Origin: a virus
Lineage: Duplodnaviria > Caudoviricetes
Virus record (IMG/VR): IMGVR_UViG_3300042328_000814
Location: 1 to 57,637 of that record
Strand: one strand, 5' to 3'
Length of the DNA: 57,637 nt
Under the pieces are notes generated by a model, which made no database searches, was not told the origin of the DNA, and was given only the letters and a program-made list of their open reading frames with translations. The stretch's first letter is position 1; every line of letters starts with the position of its first letter. The position numbers and the translations under genes were made by a program. Shown here in pieces: positions 30,221-40,800 of this stretch.

Positions 30221-33200
30221 TTACCTCTTACTTAGAAGTGTTGTTACATGAGAGTGGAAATAATATGGAAAAGTTTTACTACCTTTTATACCTATTCTAA
30301 CTCTACCATTAGTACCACTTAAAGTACTAAATGCTGTAGCAAACTCAGAACGTCCAGAACCACTAGCAGTAAAAGCTGCATCCATCTTCCATACTTCATC
30401 TATATAAATAGTAAATGTAGCAGTCGCCGATGTATTAGTTGCAGGATAACACTCAAAATTAGCTAATACTATAAACCCACCATTTTGTGGAGAACTAAAA
30501 AATGTTTTGTCAAATATAGTTTGCTCAGTAGGAGTTACATTAGCAGATCCCCACTGTTGCTCTAAATAATTAGATATTGTAACAGCATTTCCTGCAATTT
30601 GTAAAGTATCTACAGCTAAATCGCCAATTACACCAGAAGCTGCCGTAATAGTCTTAGTAGACAATTTACTAGCAGTAATAGTATTTTCTACTATTAAACT
30701 ACCATTCATTCTTAAGATTTGCTGTATCCAACCAGTTGGTAAATACTCATAAATTCTATATTCGCCAGTACTAATTTGTACAGTAGCTAAATCCCCCACC
30801 ATAGGAAGCCTACCAAGTTTAGCAGTTACTTCTACATTAGTAGGTGCATATATATCTACCTTTTGTAGTATAAAAGATACTGGTGAGTTGCCATTAGTAC
30901 CAGGAGGACCAGCGGGTCCTATAGGACCTATTTCTCCGTTCTTAGCTATAGATACAATATCATAAGCTACGTTAGTCCAGTCCAAATTAGAATTAACTGT
31001 TGTAGCAGCTACTGTTAGAGGTATTGTTATTCTCCATAGTATACTACCAGGAGTTAAGTTTGTTGGTGCTTCTACACCCCAAGTACTTGGTGCTGTATAC
31101 GCGCCGGTAGCCCATATGTAGCTAGACTGAGTAGTTGGTCTAGTTGGTGGAGTTGTAGTTGTTGTCCATTTATATATTGTTGGGAAAGCACTCATCATGC
31201 CGTGTTGTCCGGCCTGACCAGGAACCCCACTATATACTACTGGCATAGTAACGGTTTTAACTATTGGAGATACTAATGTGATACCATTAGTATCTTTTCC
31301 ATTAATTGTTAATGTTACCTCTATTGAAGTGATATTAGCTGTAGGTACTATTGTAGCAGATATTAAGTTATTAGCAGAAGTTAAACATGCTCCTGGAGTA
31401 ACTGTCCATAAATAGGTTGGATCTATAATATTCTGTGTACTAGCAGTAAGTGTAGCGGAAGTAGGTGTTGGTAATCCACCAGCATTGACACTGAATCCAG
31501 TGAATCCTAATATATCAACTATAGGAGTTAGGGCTGGTTTTAATAAAGCAATACCATATACACCACTAGTTGTACCAGAAGGATACCATACTGATTTTAG
31601 GCCTAACTTATCTACTGTTCTACCCCAGTAATAAAATTCATGAATAGCAGGATTTGTTAATGTATGTAAGTAAGACTTTAGAGGAGCATTGGTTATTGAT
31701 AATAATTGAGCTATAGCCCTATTATTAGTAGTAGAATAGTATATCTCAGTACTAACTATATCATCAGCCGGTACTGGTAGTGTCCAATCAAGTAAAATAC
31801 TTTCTGTAGCACTAGTAGTAGTAAGAGTACTAATTCCTGCTGGTCCAACAATAGTTACAGATATCATTGTTGGAGCACTTTTTATACCTAAGCTATTAAC
31901 AGCAACAAACCAAAATTTATATACATCATCTAGGTTGTCATCTATTAAATCTTTAGTATAATAATCTAAGAATTTAGTAGTTATATCAGTATATCCTAAA
32001 ACTGAAGTAGCAAAAGTTTCATTTACTGTAACTTCATAATGACTAAAGTTAGGGTCACTACTTGGTCCTTCCCACTCAAAATGTATATAGCTCTTCTCTA
32101 CTAAGTATGTAATTGCAGATACTGCTGGTAGAGGTGCTTCTGATATATAAATTAGTATATCAGTAAAGGTTGTAGAGGGACCTTTCTGATTAAGTGAATT
32201 AATTGGAGTTACTCTAATACTATAGTATTCTTGCGAAACTAGATTATATATAGTATGTTCTAATGCAGTTATTCCAGTTGCTGAATACTCCCAATTACCA
32301 TTTGATCTTTTTATCTCTATATCAAATTTAGTAGCATACTTTGGAGCTTTATAGCTAACAGTTAAATAAGGGCTCTTTACTTTTGTAAGTGGATCAGTTT
32401 TTATACCTTGAAAGTATGATATATCTGTGTAAGGTATGGCAAATGGTATACCTGTTACAGATGAATAGTTACTTTCATCAAAGGCTATATCATTTTCTAT
32501 GTAGTCAAACTTACCTGGTTTATGCTTCATAGCAGATATATCATATATACCTACTTGATCAGATTCTCTTAAACTAACTATTCTATATAAGTCTTCATCT
32601 AGTATTGAACTAGAAATGGACCATACAGTATTTGGTCCAATAGATGCATGTAAACTACCAGATATACTTATAGTAGTAGTAGGACTATTAGTTACACCAA
32701 CTACTAAGTACTCTACAGTATTTACTGACTCTACAGTTCCAGTATCTTCAATAATATTAAATCTAATATTATAAATATTTGAAGTACTTAATGTAACTTC
32801 TCTATCTAAGGTTACTAGTGTTGAATTATTCTTATTAATTAGCCTACCACTATAAGGTATATAGGCCATCCCCTCATCAAATACTTTAATTATTTGACCA
32901 GGTTTACAAAAACCAGCCTCTAGTCCAGCTTTAAATGATACGATATTAGATTCTACTTTTTCTGTATATAGTAGCCACTTTCCAAGTCTATGCGCTTGCC
33001 CTCTTGAAGTACATCCAAAAGCTATTATCTCAGAGGGGTTATATCCATATCTTGATATTGCTTCTCTATCTTCTATATATTCTATTTTTTGAGCATATAA
33101 CGCTTTGGGGTCATTCCAGCTAACTAAAGCTGCTGTGTGTATTACTTTTCTTGATGCCCCGGCATACTCAAATGCTCCATTAACTACGTTACTATTAGTA

Positions 33201-34762
33201 AACTGTATTGCTGATGAGTCTGAGTTAGAATCTTGTGCTACACTAATTCCACCTTCTGCATAGTAAACCATACCTCTGAAAACACTAGCCATATCCATTA
33301 CTAATTTTATAGCATCTTCTTTAGTTTGAATATATGTATTAAGTGTAAATCTAGGTTCGTATCCTCCGCTGCCATCTGGTACTAAAGTGTCGCAGTATTG
33401 ACTTATACTATATAAGGCCCATTTATCAACTAGGCTTGCTGGTATATACTCGCCTAATCCATATCTTGAATTAGTTAATAAGTCATAAAAACACCATGCT
33501 GGATTATTTGTCCAACCATAATTAGTTAATTGCCCATCCCATATACCAGTATATGTTCTAGTATCTGCGTCATAGTTACTAGGCATTTTAACTTTCATAA
33601 GTTTAAGATGATATCCCCTTGAAGGTACAGAACTAAATTGTTCTGAAGCAATTTTTACACCGCATAAAGCAGTATGAGGATAGACTAATTTAGTATCAGT
33701 TATTAATGTGCTACCATCTAACCAAATCTCATTTTGTATCTTTAGACTTGTAGAATCATCTGATAGTCTTGTTATTCTTATATCAAAGTAATCAGTGTCT
33801 AAACTTCTATTTAGAATTATGATGTGAGAAAACTGGTATCTAGTAGAACATTTTCCTGATAAAGTTTTTTCTATCTCTTTTACGTAAGCACCACCATTTT
33901 TTGATATTTCAATAGAATACCTTACCTCACTACCAGTAGTATCACCATTATCTTTATACTCAGATAATGAAGGGATACCTAATGTAATACGTACTCTATC
34001 TACTATAACCGCTGGTATGGATACTACTTTAGGTATATCTTTTGAAATTTTACCGTTCGGTGCAGAGTTACCTGGAGATTCAACTGAATCAAATCCTGGT
34101 ATGTAACTTTGATTAGGAGTACCATTTCTTAATGTATACTCATAGTCTGTAAAATTATATGTTCCTGTAGAGTTTTTTAGTGGTGTATTATTAATATATA
34201 TACATTGGTCAGCATCATCTTTAGCAAACCCATGAATTTCACCCTCACAAATAGCATCCAAAACATGTGCATAAGAAGTAGATCTTAGAGTATCTGGGGA
34301 ATTAATAGGGGTTTTACTACCCTTACCTCCACCACCATTATGAACTCTAATGTTATTAGCTATATATGTATGATAAGTTTTTACAGTTAAGTTATAAACA
34401 GTACCTTTACCAATATACTTATAACCAATAATAGGTACTAATAAACCACTAGTATTAATTAGAGATAAACTTTCATTAATACTAGCTAATTCACAGAAGA
34501 AGTTCTCACTAGTTAAAACCCAGTGATTGGGTGTTGCATATAGTTTATTACCGCCCCATAGAGAATACTCGTATATATCTAAGTTATCATGTATATGTGT
34601 ATTCTCTACAGTAGAAGTATGTAGTATACCTTTATCATCAAAAGCTATTATTTCTTGACCTACTTTAATATCTTCAATATTAGTGTAACCAAATGGAGTA
34701 AGTACTGTAGTACCTTTTCTAAAACATCCACCACTTCCAGAAATAATATTATTAATACTCAT
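30221..34762 (-). CDS. tail tip/central fibre protein (lambda gpJ-like) with N-terminal Hint domain
   Basis: D.ICEGEI.G, YP.TA..G, WTNNPAWCFYDL...RYG, GCTSRGQA.R.GKW gpJ motifs; FN3 domains; start at 34762 by ATGA overlap with gpI. Confidence 0.93.
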   Translation of the reverse strand: MSINNIISGSGGCFRKGTTVLTPFGYTNIEDIKVGQEIIAFDDKGILHTSTVENTHIHDNLDIYEYSLWGGNKLYATPNHWVLTSENFFCELASINESLSLINTSGLLVPIIGYKYIGKGTVYNLTVKTYHTYIANNIRVHNGGGGKGSKTPINSPDTLRSTSYAHVLDAICEGEIHGFAKDDADQCIYINNTPLKNSTGTYNFTDYEYTLRNGTPNQSYIPGFDSVESPGNSAPNGKISKDIPKVVSIPAVIVDRVRITLGIPSLSEYKDNGDTTGSEVRYSIEISKNGGAYVKEIEKTLSGKCSTRYQFSHIIILNRSLDTDYFDIRITRLSDDSTSLKIQNEIWLDGSTLITDTKLVYPHTALCGVKIASEQFSSVPSRGYHLKLMKVKMPSNYDADTRTYTGIWDGQLTNYGWTNNPAWCFYDLLTNSRYGLGEYIPASLVDKWALYSISQYCDTLVPDGSGGYEPRFTLNTYIQTKEDAIKLVMDMASVFRGMVYYAEGGISVAQDSNSDSSAIQFTNSNVVNGAFEYAGASRKVIHTAALVSWNDPKALYAQKIEYIEDREAISRYGYNPSEIIAFGCTSRGQAHRLGKWLLYTEKVESNIVSFKAGLEAGFCKPGQIIKVFDEGMAYIPYSGRLINKNNSTLVTLDREVTLSTSNIYNIRFNIIEDTGTVESVNTVEYLVVGVTNSPTTTISISGSLHASIGPNTVWSISSSILDEDLYRIVSLRESDQVGIYDISAMKHKPGKFDYIENDIAFDESNYSSVTGIPFAIPYTDISYFQGIKTDPLTKVKSPYLTVSYKAPKYATKFDIEIKRSNGNWEYSATGITALEHTIYNLVSQEYYSIRVTPINSLNQKGPSTTFTDILIYISEAPLPAVSAITYLVEKSYIHFEWEGPSSDPNFSHYEVTVNETFATSVLGYTDITTKFLDYYTKDLIDDNLDDVYKFWFVAVNSLGIKSAPTMISVTIVGPAGISTLTTTSATESILLDWTLPVPADDIVSTEIYYSTTNNRAIAQLLSITNAPLKSYLHTLTNPAIHEFYYWGRTVDKLGLKSVWYPSGTTSGVYGIALLKPALTPIVDILGFTGFSVNAGGLPTPTSATLTASTQNIIDPTYLWTVTPGACLTSANNLISATIVPTANITSIEVTLTINGKDTNGITLVSPIVKTVTMPVVYSGVPGQAGQHGMMSAFPTIYKWTTTTTPPTRPTTQSSYIWATGAYTAPSTWGVEAPTNLTPGSILWRITIPLTVAATTVNSNLDWTNVAYDIVSIAKNGEIGPIGPAGPPGTNGNSPVSFILQKVDIYAPTNVEVTAKLGRLPMVGDLATVQISTGEYRIYEYLPTGWIQQILRMNGSLIVENTITASKLSTKTITAASGVIGDLAVDTLQIAGNAVTISNYLEQQWGSANVTPTEQTIFDKTFFSSPQNGGFIVLANFECYPATNTSATATFTIYIDEVWKMDAAFTASGSGRSEFATAFSTLSGTNGRVRIGIKGSKTFPYYFHSHVTTLLSKR
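34337..34726 (-). other. Hint (intein-like/BIL) domain, 130 aa, no endonuclease
   Basis: Block A CFRKGTTV, IEDIKVGQ, block B TPNH, block F VYNLTV..HTY.AN, block G VHN; the +1 residue is Gly. Confidence 0.92.
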
Positions 34763-35754
34763 ATAGTTCCCCACTCCGCAGGTTTTACACTACTACCGTT
34801 TGTAGAACAGTAATTATCCTTATTCATACTACTTGAATATCTCCAACCTACATTACAATCTGGGGCAGTACGTTTAAACATTCCAGTTATAGGATTATAC
34901 TCATATTCATATAGCTGTTCTGATGATGGTTTAGATACGCCATTTCCATCAGCATCCCAACACATTTCTTCGTTATCACTATTAATAGAACAAGTTATAC
35001 CAAAGAATGAAGGATCTACATTTTTCATAGTAGAATGATAATACTTATTAGTTACATGGTTATACCAAATATTTGTAGTAGTATTCTTGTAAAAATTTGG
35101 ACTAGCAACTACCCAACCATCAGTATCTAAAGTAGTAAACATCCATGCAGCATTACCAGTACCTATTGAATCTACTGATATACCAGCACTTATAACTGCT
35201 GAGCCAACAATTAATTCACCATATCCTATAGGAACTGGGTTTCCTTGAGCAATCGTATTTACAGCACCATTAAAATAAGTATTCGGAGTATTTTCTTCTT
35301 TTTGATTAACAGTAGCTTTTGGTGGTGCAAATAATAGTGCAGAAATACCAGAGAGTACTAAACCTACTCCAATTTGGGATGCTATGGCAGCACCAGTCCA
35401 TCCAGCAGCAAATCCAGTTGGTGCTACTCCAGCTATTGCTGTAGCTCCAATACCCCAAGTTGCCCATATAAGAAAGGCACCAAGAATAATAGTTCCAAAT
35501 TTGCCAGAACCAGCAATAGCCGGTATAATATGTATATCTTCACTATTGCCTATAATGTCATTTATTTCATTCTTTTCTTTAAATATGTCACCTATTTTAA
35601 TATGGAATCCTGGAGTATAATTCTGTATATAATCAGCAAATCCTTTAAAATTAGCCTTTAAAGCACGTATAGCTTCACCTACAGAGTGTATATCTAATAC
35701 TACTTTGTCAGTAAATTTTAAGCCTAATTCACCATGTAAGTAAACTGTTTTCAT
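34759..35754 (-). CDS. tail assembly protein I (ubiquitin-like N-domain) with C-terminal extension
   Basis: V.LHGELG.KF, IHIIP.IAGSG, F.G.VNT..QG.PVP..YGE..VGSAVISAG. Confidence 0.9.
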   Translation of the reverse strand: MKTVYLHGELGLKFTDKVVLDIHSVGEAIRALKANFKGFADYIQNYTPGFHIKIGDIFKEKNEINDIIGNSEDIHIIPAIAGSGKFGTIILGAFLIWATWGIGATAIAGVAPTGFAAGWTGAAIASQIGVGLVLSGISALLFAPPKATVNQKEENTPNTYFNGAVNTIAQGNPVPIGYGELIVGSAVISAGISVDSIGTGNAAWMFTTLDTDGWVVASPNFYKNTTTNIWYNHVTNKYYHSTMKNVDPSFFGITCSINSDNEEMCWDADGNGVSKPSSEQLYEYEYNPITGMFKRTAPDCNVGWRYSSSMNKDNYCSTNGSSVKPAEWGTI

Positions 35755-36464
35755 ACTAAGTCCTTATGTCTATATACTGCTACTGCACATTTATTCCAAT
35801 AGCCACCAAAAGCGTCTCTAGTGGATAACCTATTTTCACAGTGATGTAAGAAAGTACCATTATCATGTAAAATACCAACATGATTTGGTACCTTAGATTT
35901 TCCAGATTTAAAAAGTATTATATCATACTTTTTAGCCTCAGAAAAATTAATTTTCTTAAATCCGTATTCTTCAGAATGTTCCTCTAGAATATTTAAACCA
36001 TTAGTATACCACTCTTTAGAGGTTACTAATAATCTACCTACATTTATATTTTTTTCATATTTGAGGACATCTGAAATAAGCCCCCAGCAATCAGTAGTAC
36101 CAAAACTATACTCCCTACCTAGTAGTGGTATTTCTATGCTATTAGGTACTAAATAATATATATCTCTAGATACAGCTGAACATATAGCCCACGTAGTACT
36201 ACCAGCGTTACAACTATGTATATCTGCCTGTGTTGGTCTACACGATATTCCTAGATGACTATGACATATTAAGTCTATAGTACCTAAACTAGAATACTTT
36301 GCATAATCTATAGGATCCATAATAAAATTATGTGGATCTTCTGATATATTTGAGCAAGGATAATACTTATCATTTATAACTAGACCACATATTTCCTTAT
36401 CAGTACTACTTTGACTATGATTTATAAAATCAAGTGTATAATCCTGCACCAGGAAATCCTCCAA
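35751..36464 (-). CDS. tail assembly protein K (JAB/MPN + NlpC/P60)
   Basis: EICGL, HSH......PT.AD JAMM motif; DCWGL, NHVGI NlpC motifs. Confidence 0.92.
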   Translation of the reverse strand: MEDFLVQDYTLDFINHSQSSTDKEICGLVINDKYYPCSNISEDPHNFIMDPIDYAKYSSLGTIDLICHSHLGISCRPTQADIHSCNAGSTTWAICSAVSRDIYYLVPNSIEIPLLGREYSFGTTDCWGLISDVLKYEKNINVGRLLVTSKEWYTNGLNILEEHSEEYGFKKINFSEAKKYDIILFKSGKSKVPNHVGILHDNGTFLHHCENRLSTRDAFGGYWNKCAVAVYRHKDLV

Positions 36465-37149
36465 AATTTAATATCTTTGTAGTCTGATTAAAACGTAATT
36501 TACAGTCTGATAATCGTTTACCACATACATCCTCTAATACATTAGGTGTGACTGTACCATCTGCTTTATAATAAATAGGAGATACTGCGTATGAATAATT
36601 ACATGTTGTAGCATCTTTATACCTCCAAGGACATAAATTTTGCAAAATAGTTCTTCTAGGTAATTGAACTGAACTAACGTCTAGTGCTGATACTAATTCA
36701 TATTCAGAGTAGTATGCTGTTTGTACTACTTTTCTATCCACATAATAAATATCTGGTGGAAATGACGCAGTAGGATCAGCATATGTATTTATACCAGAAT
36801 CAAAATTAACAGCATCTATAAATTTAATCATAGTGCGTATTCGAGTTATTTTTAACCCTAACATATCTTGATACTGACTGTTTAGGACTGTAAGAAATCC
36901 ATCTACGTTAGCTACTTTAAATTTAGGTGTTGGTAGTTGGCCTGCGCCGGACCACTCTATATCAGTCATTTCACATGGTATACTATTATACTCATGCGAG
37001 TTCCAAAATATATTATCCCCTAACTCATTAGTATCACTAAAAAATCTAAGTATAGTAGGCTGACCTAAACTATTAAAGTCAGCCTCATATAGGTCTATAA
37101 TTCTACTTGGAGAACTTTTTAATGCTTCTGTAAGAATTGGATTACTCAT
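36430..37149 (-). CDS. minor tail protein L (Fe-S cysteines)
   Basis: LPRR....CPW.Y....C.Y, D.CGKRLSDCKLRF, FGGFPG. Confidence 0.93.
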   Translation of the reverse strand: MSNPILTEALKSSPSRIIDLYEADFNSLGQPTILRFFSDTNELGDNIFWNSHEYNSIPCEMTDIEWSGAGQLPTPKFKVANVDGFLTVLNSQYQDMLGLKITRIRTMIKFIDAVNFDSGINTYADPTASFPPDIYYVDRKVVQTAYYSEYELVSALDVSSVQLPRRTILQNLCPWRYKDATTCNYSYAVSPIYYKADGTVTPNVLEDVCGKRLSDCKLRFNQTTKILNFGGFPGAGLYT

Positions 37150-37493
37150 ATTGTTTTATCATATACTCTTTTAAATGTAGCAGTTATAGTTCTACTAAAA
37201 TGGGCTACATATTCTTCGCTCCACTCTGTACATATAACCTTTACAGAACTAGAGGCACCTTCTGGTGTAAATAAAAAATATTCGGACCCACCTTTAGACT
37301 CAAGAAATGCTATTATTTGAGAAGCCTGAACTAAAGTTTGATTTATAAAACTTAAATTCCAGGTACTAGTTAGTGTATTAGTACTATAGGATACTCTTTG
37401 TGAGTAACCATCACCAAAAGTTAAAGTACTAACTTTTGGCTTTGATTGTTCAGAATATCCTATAGATGGTTTCCATGTAAATGTATCAGTCAT
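37146..37493 (-). CDS. minor tail protein M (distal tail protein), copy 2
   Basis: TFTW.P, FGDGYSQR, FL...GG...F.FTP, C.EW. Confidence 0.9.
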   Translation of the reverse strand: MTDTFTWKPSIGYSEQSKPKVSTLTFGDGYSQRVSYSTNTLTSTWNLSFINQTLVQASQIIAFLESKGGSEYFLFTPEGASSSVKVICTEWSEEYVAHFSRTITATFKRVYDKTI

Positions 37494-37837
37494 AGTATAT
37501 CATTAACTTTAGTAAACTTTGTATTAATTGTAATACTAATATGTGATTCATACTTAATATCCCATTCACTAGCTATTACTAAATATGTAGTAGTAGAGCC
37601 GGGTGGTGTGAAATAAAAAGATTCACACCCACCTCTAGCCTTTAAAAAATTAATAATTTCATTAGCTTCAGCAATAGGTTTATTACTGAAAGCTAACTCC
37701 CACTCTAAATTTAATAAATTTATACCAGTACGTTTTCTATACTCAAGAGGACTATTATCATATTGAATAACGTTAACTCTTGGAGACGACTTCTTAGTGA
37801 AATTTAATGAAGGGTTCCAGGTAAAAGTACTAGGCAT
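37490..37837 (-). CDS. minor tail protein M-like paralog, copy 1
   Basis: TFTWNP, GIN, FLKARGG..SF.FTPP; same length (115 aa) as its neighbour but lacks FGDGY. Confidence 0.85.
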   Translation of the reverse strand: MPSTFTWNPSLNFTKKSSPRVNVIQYDNSPLEYRKRTGINLLNLEWELAFSNKPIAEANEIINFLKARGGCESFYFTPPGSTTTYLVIASEWDIKYESHISITINTKFTKVNDIL

Positions 37838-40800
37838 TTAATAGGCCCCTTGGACGCATCTGTTTAATTAGTTCTTCTTGAACTGTGGCTTTAACTGCTG
37901 CAGCCATAGAAACACTAAACTTTTTAGATTGTTCAACATCAACAGTACTACTACTTCCGCTTTCACTATTATTAATTTTTACAGTAACGATAGTATCCCC
38001 ATTAGTAATAGAAGCCCCACCACCTCCTGATAAAGTAACTGGAATAGTCCTATTATCTGGTAGTGGAACATAAGCTTCATTCTTTCTACCTTCTCCAAAC
38101 ATTGCAATTTGGGGTGAATTAGCTATACCACCTCTAGCATACTTGTGCAAAGGTATATCACCCATTTGTCCAACTATACCACCCTTTGCTTTTGCAAAAA
38201 TACTAGGGAAAGCGTTAGTTAATCCGCCTGTTATACCCCCACTAATAACACTAGTGGCTACCCCCATTAGTATTCCACCGAGAGCCCCTTTAGCACTACC
38301 TCCAGTAGCAAGTGCACCAACTAAAGCACCTACTGCTCCATGCATAACAGTAGTAGCCATGTTAAACTTATCAGCAGCTACGTCTATTTTTGTTCCACCC
38401 TTCTCAATATTAGTAGTGGCTGTCTTATTCAGAGTAGGTATACTACTATCTTGCATAGCTGGTGGTTGCATAACATCCGGTACGGGTATACTGCCTGGGT
38501 TAATCTTTTGTGCTATCTCGTTAAGAAGTCTATTAGTTTCTTTAGCGGAAGCTGCTGTAGAACTAACTGGCTGTACTAAAGGATCGTAAGTTCCAGCTGG
38601 TGCGCTAGTAGCGCCAATACTAGATACACCATCTAGTTGCCTAGACATAATAGATGCACTAGTTGGATATGGATATGGGGATGTTCTAACTCCAGTATCA
38701 TTAGCTTTATTAGCTTTCTCCCAATCAAGGTTATACTGTTTATCCAAATCTATGCCTTGTTGAGCTATAGGATCTATCTTACCTGGTACTAATGCCTGTA
38801 GTAAAGCCCTCATATCCTGTTGAATTAACTTTAGTTGATCAAGAGAACTATTAGCAGTAATCTGTAGTGCACTAGCCGCTTTTTCTTGGTTAGTACGAGT
38901 ATCATACCCAAAATTTGCTGCTAGTAACTTGATTCCACTCTTCATAGCATTTTTAAATGCGTCTGAGGCCATATCCCTAAACATGTCGCTTAAAGTATTT
39001 CTGACCATATCACTAAAAGCTTTGAAAGTTAATTTTGTCTCATCCATTTTCTGTATCATAGTAGTAAAACTATCTACTATTATATCTGCAGAATCTACAA
39101 TTCCAGTAGCCAGTTGAGACATAACAGACTTAGATTTACCTGTAGTTTCCTCTATTCTATCCATGGCTATAGTTATAGCCTCTTGTAGTCCTTCAGTACC
39201 AAAAATATCTGAAGCTCTACCAGACTGCTCTCTTATTTTTAAGCTGAGCTCAGTTTCCTTTTTAAATAGATCAGTTAATTTTTGATGAGTATCTAATTTA
39301 AAAGCTAAGTGTTGCTGTTGTAAGTCTACTATCTTCTGTTCTGCTTCTATATCTCCAACTTTAGATTTTTCAATAGCTATTTGAGCTTCAAGTATTCTCT
39401 CTTGTATTGAATATTGTTCTAGTAGTGTTTGAGTACTTACTGTATTAAACTCAGCAATTTTACTATAGTTAGTAGATACACTAAGTAAATAATCAGAGTA
39501 GGAAGAGGCTAGGTCTACTTGTTCACTTAAATTATCAGAAAGTTTTTCAGTTATTTCTAGGTTAGTTTTTCTAATTCTTAAATTTTCTTCGTCTTGTATA
39601 ACCTTGGGTAGGTCACGTAGTGGTTCACCTTTTTTGAAAGCTTCATCCCTAGCCCTAGCTTTACCAACTACAGCTTCTCCTATAGATACATTAGTAGGAT
39701 CTTTTATTAATTGTTCTACAAGAGTATTATACTCCCCTATCTTTATTGCTAAATCTTTCTCATATTGTAATATATCAGCTTTTGCTTTAATAAGATTAAT
39801 TTCACTATCTACTCTAGCAGATAAGTAAGATGAATCTAGTAATGCAATACTTTGTGATTTTTTCTCTAGATTATTGAGCTCTTCGAATAGTTTATCTTCT
39901 TCAGGTTTAAATTTCTTATCAGCTTCAGCATCAGTTTCCTTAAATTCTGCTCTAGCCTCGGATTCTCTAGCTTTGCCTAGGGAGGCTCTGATTGAGTCTA
40001 TTTTTAGAGTTGCAATTACACTAGCAGCCCCTAAGGACTCTAAACTATTAACTAAGGATAGAATTTGAGATGCTATAGACCCATCAAGTTCTTTTACTGA
40101 TAAAGCTTGGATAGCTTGATCTTTTACAGATCCTGTACCTAGAGGACTAGGATTATTGCTTTTGCTATTCTTAAATAGTTCTTTTGAGGCTAAAGATAGA
40201 GCAGTTCTTAATTGTTGCTCTGTATTTGATTTTTGAGCATCTATAGCTGCTGCATTAGTTTTTTCTGCTTTTATTTGAATATTTGCTATTTTTTCTTCAG
40301 TTTTACGTGCTTCTCTAATAGCTCTAGCTTCTCCTTCTTTTGAAAAACTACCATAAAATTGAGTTTCTTTAAGCTTAGCGGATAGACTAGTTTGTGCCAA
40401 GGATGCGCGTCCGGCTGCAGTAGCTAAGTCTGCTAAACTTTTTGAAGCTTTTAATGAATATCCGATATAGTCCTGTTGTACTTTTTCAATTCCACCGTAT
40501 GAGCCTAGTAGTGAACTAGTACCTTGACTAAGAGATTTTGCTCTATCATCCTCTGCTTTTTTCTGAAGATCTTTATCAGACCCAGCCAATTCCATAGCTG
40601 TTTTATAGTTATTATTTACATCTTCTTGTAATCTATTTAGCCTAGTACGTAATAATTCTAGATCCGCTGGTAGACTTATACCAGACATTTCTTCAAATTG
40701 ATCTGTAATGCCAGATAAAAATTCTTGAATATTAGCACCAGATTTAGTAAGATCATTTTTATCTAGAAGTTTAATAGCTTGTGCACTAGAAGTACTAAAA

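Noticed and set aside
34337-34726. Canonical mobile intein
   Set aside because: No endonuclease domain and the +1 residue is Gly, so it is reported as a Hint/BIL-type domain instead
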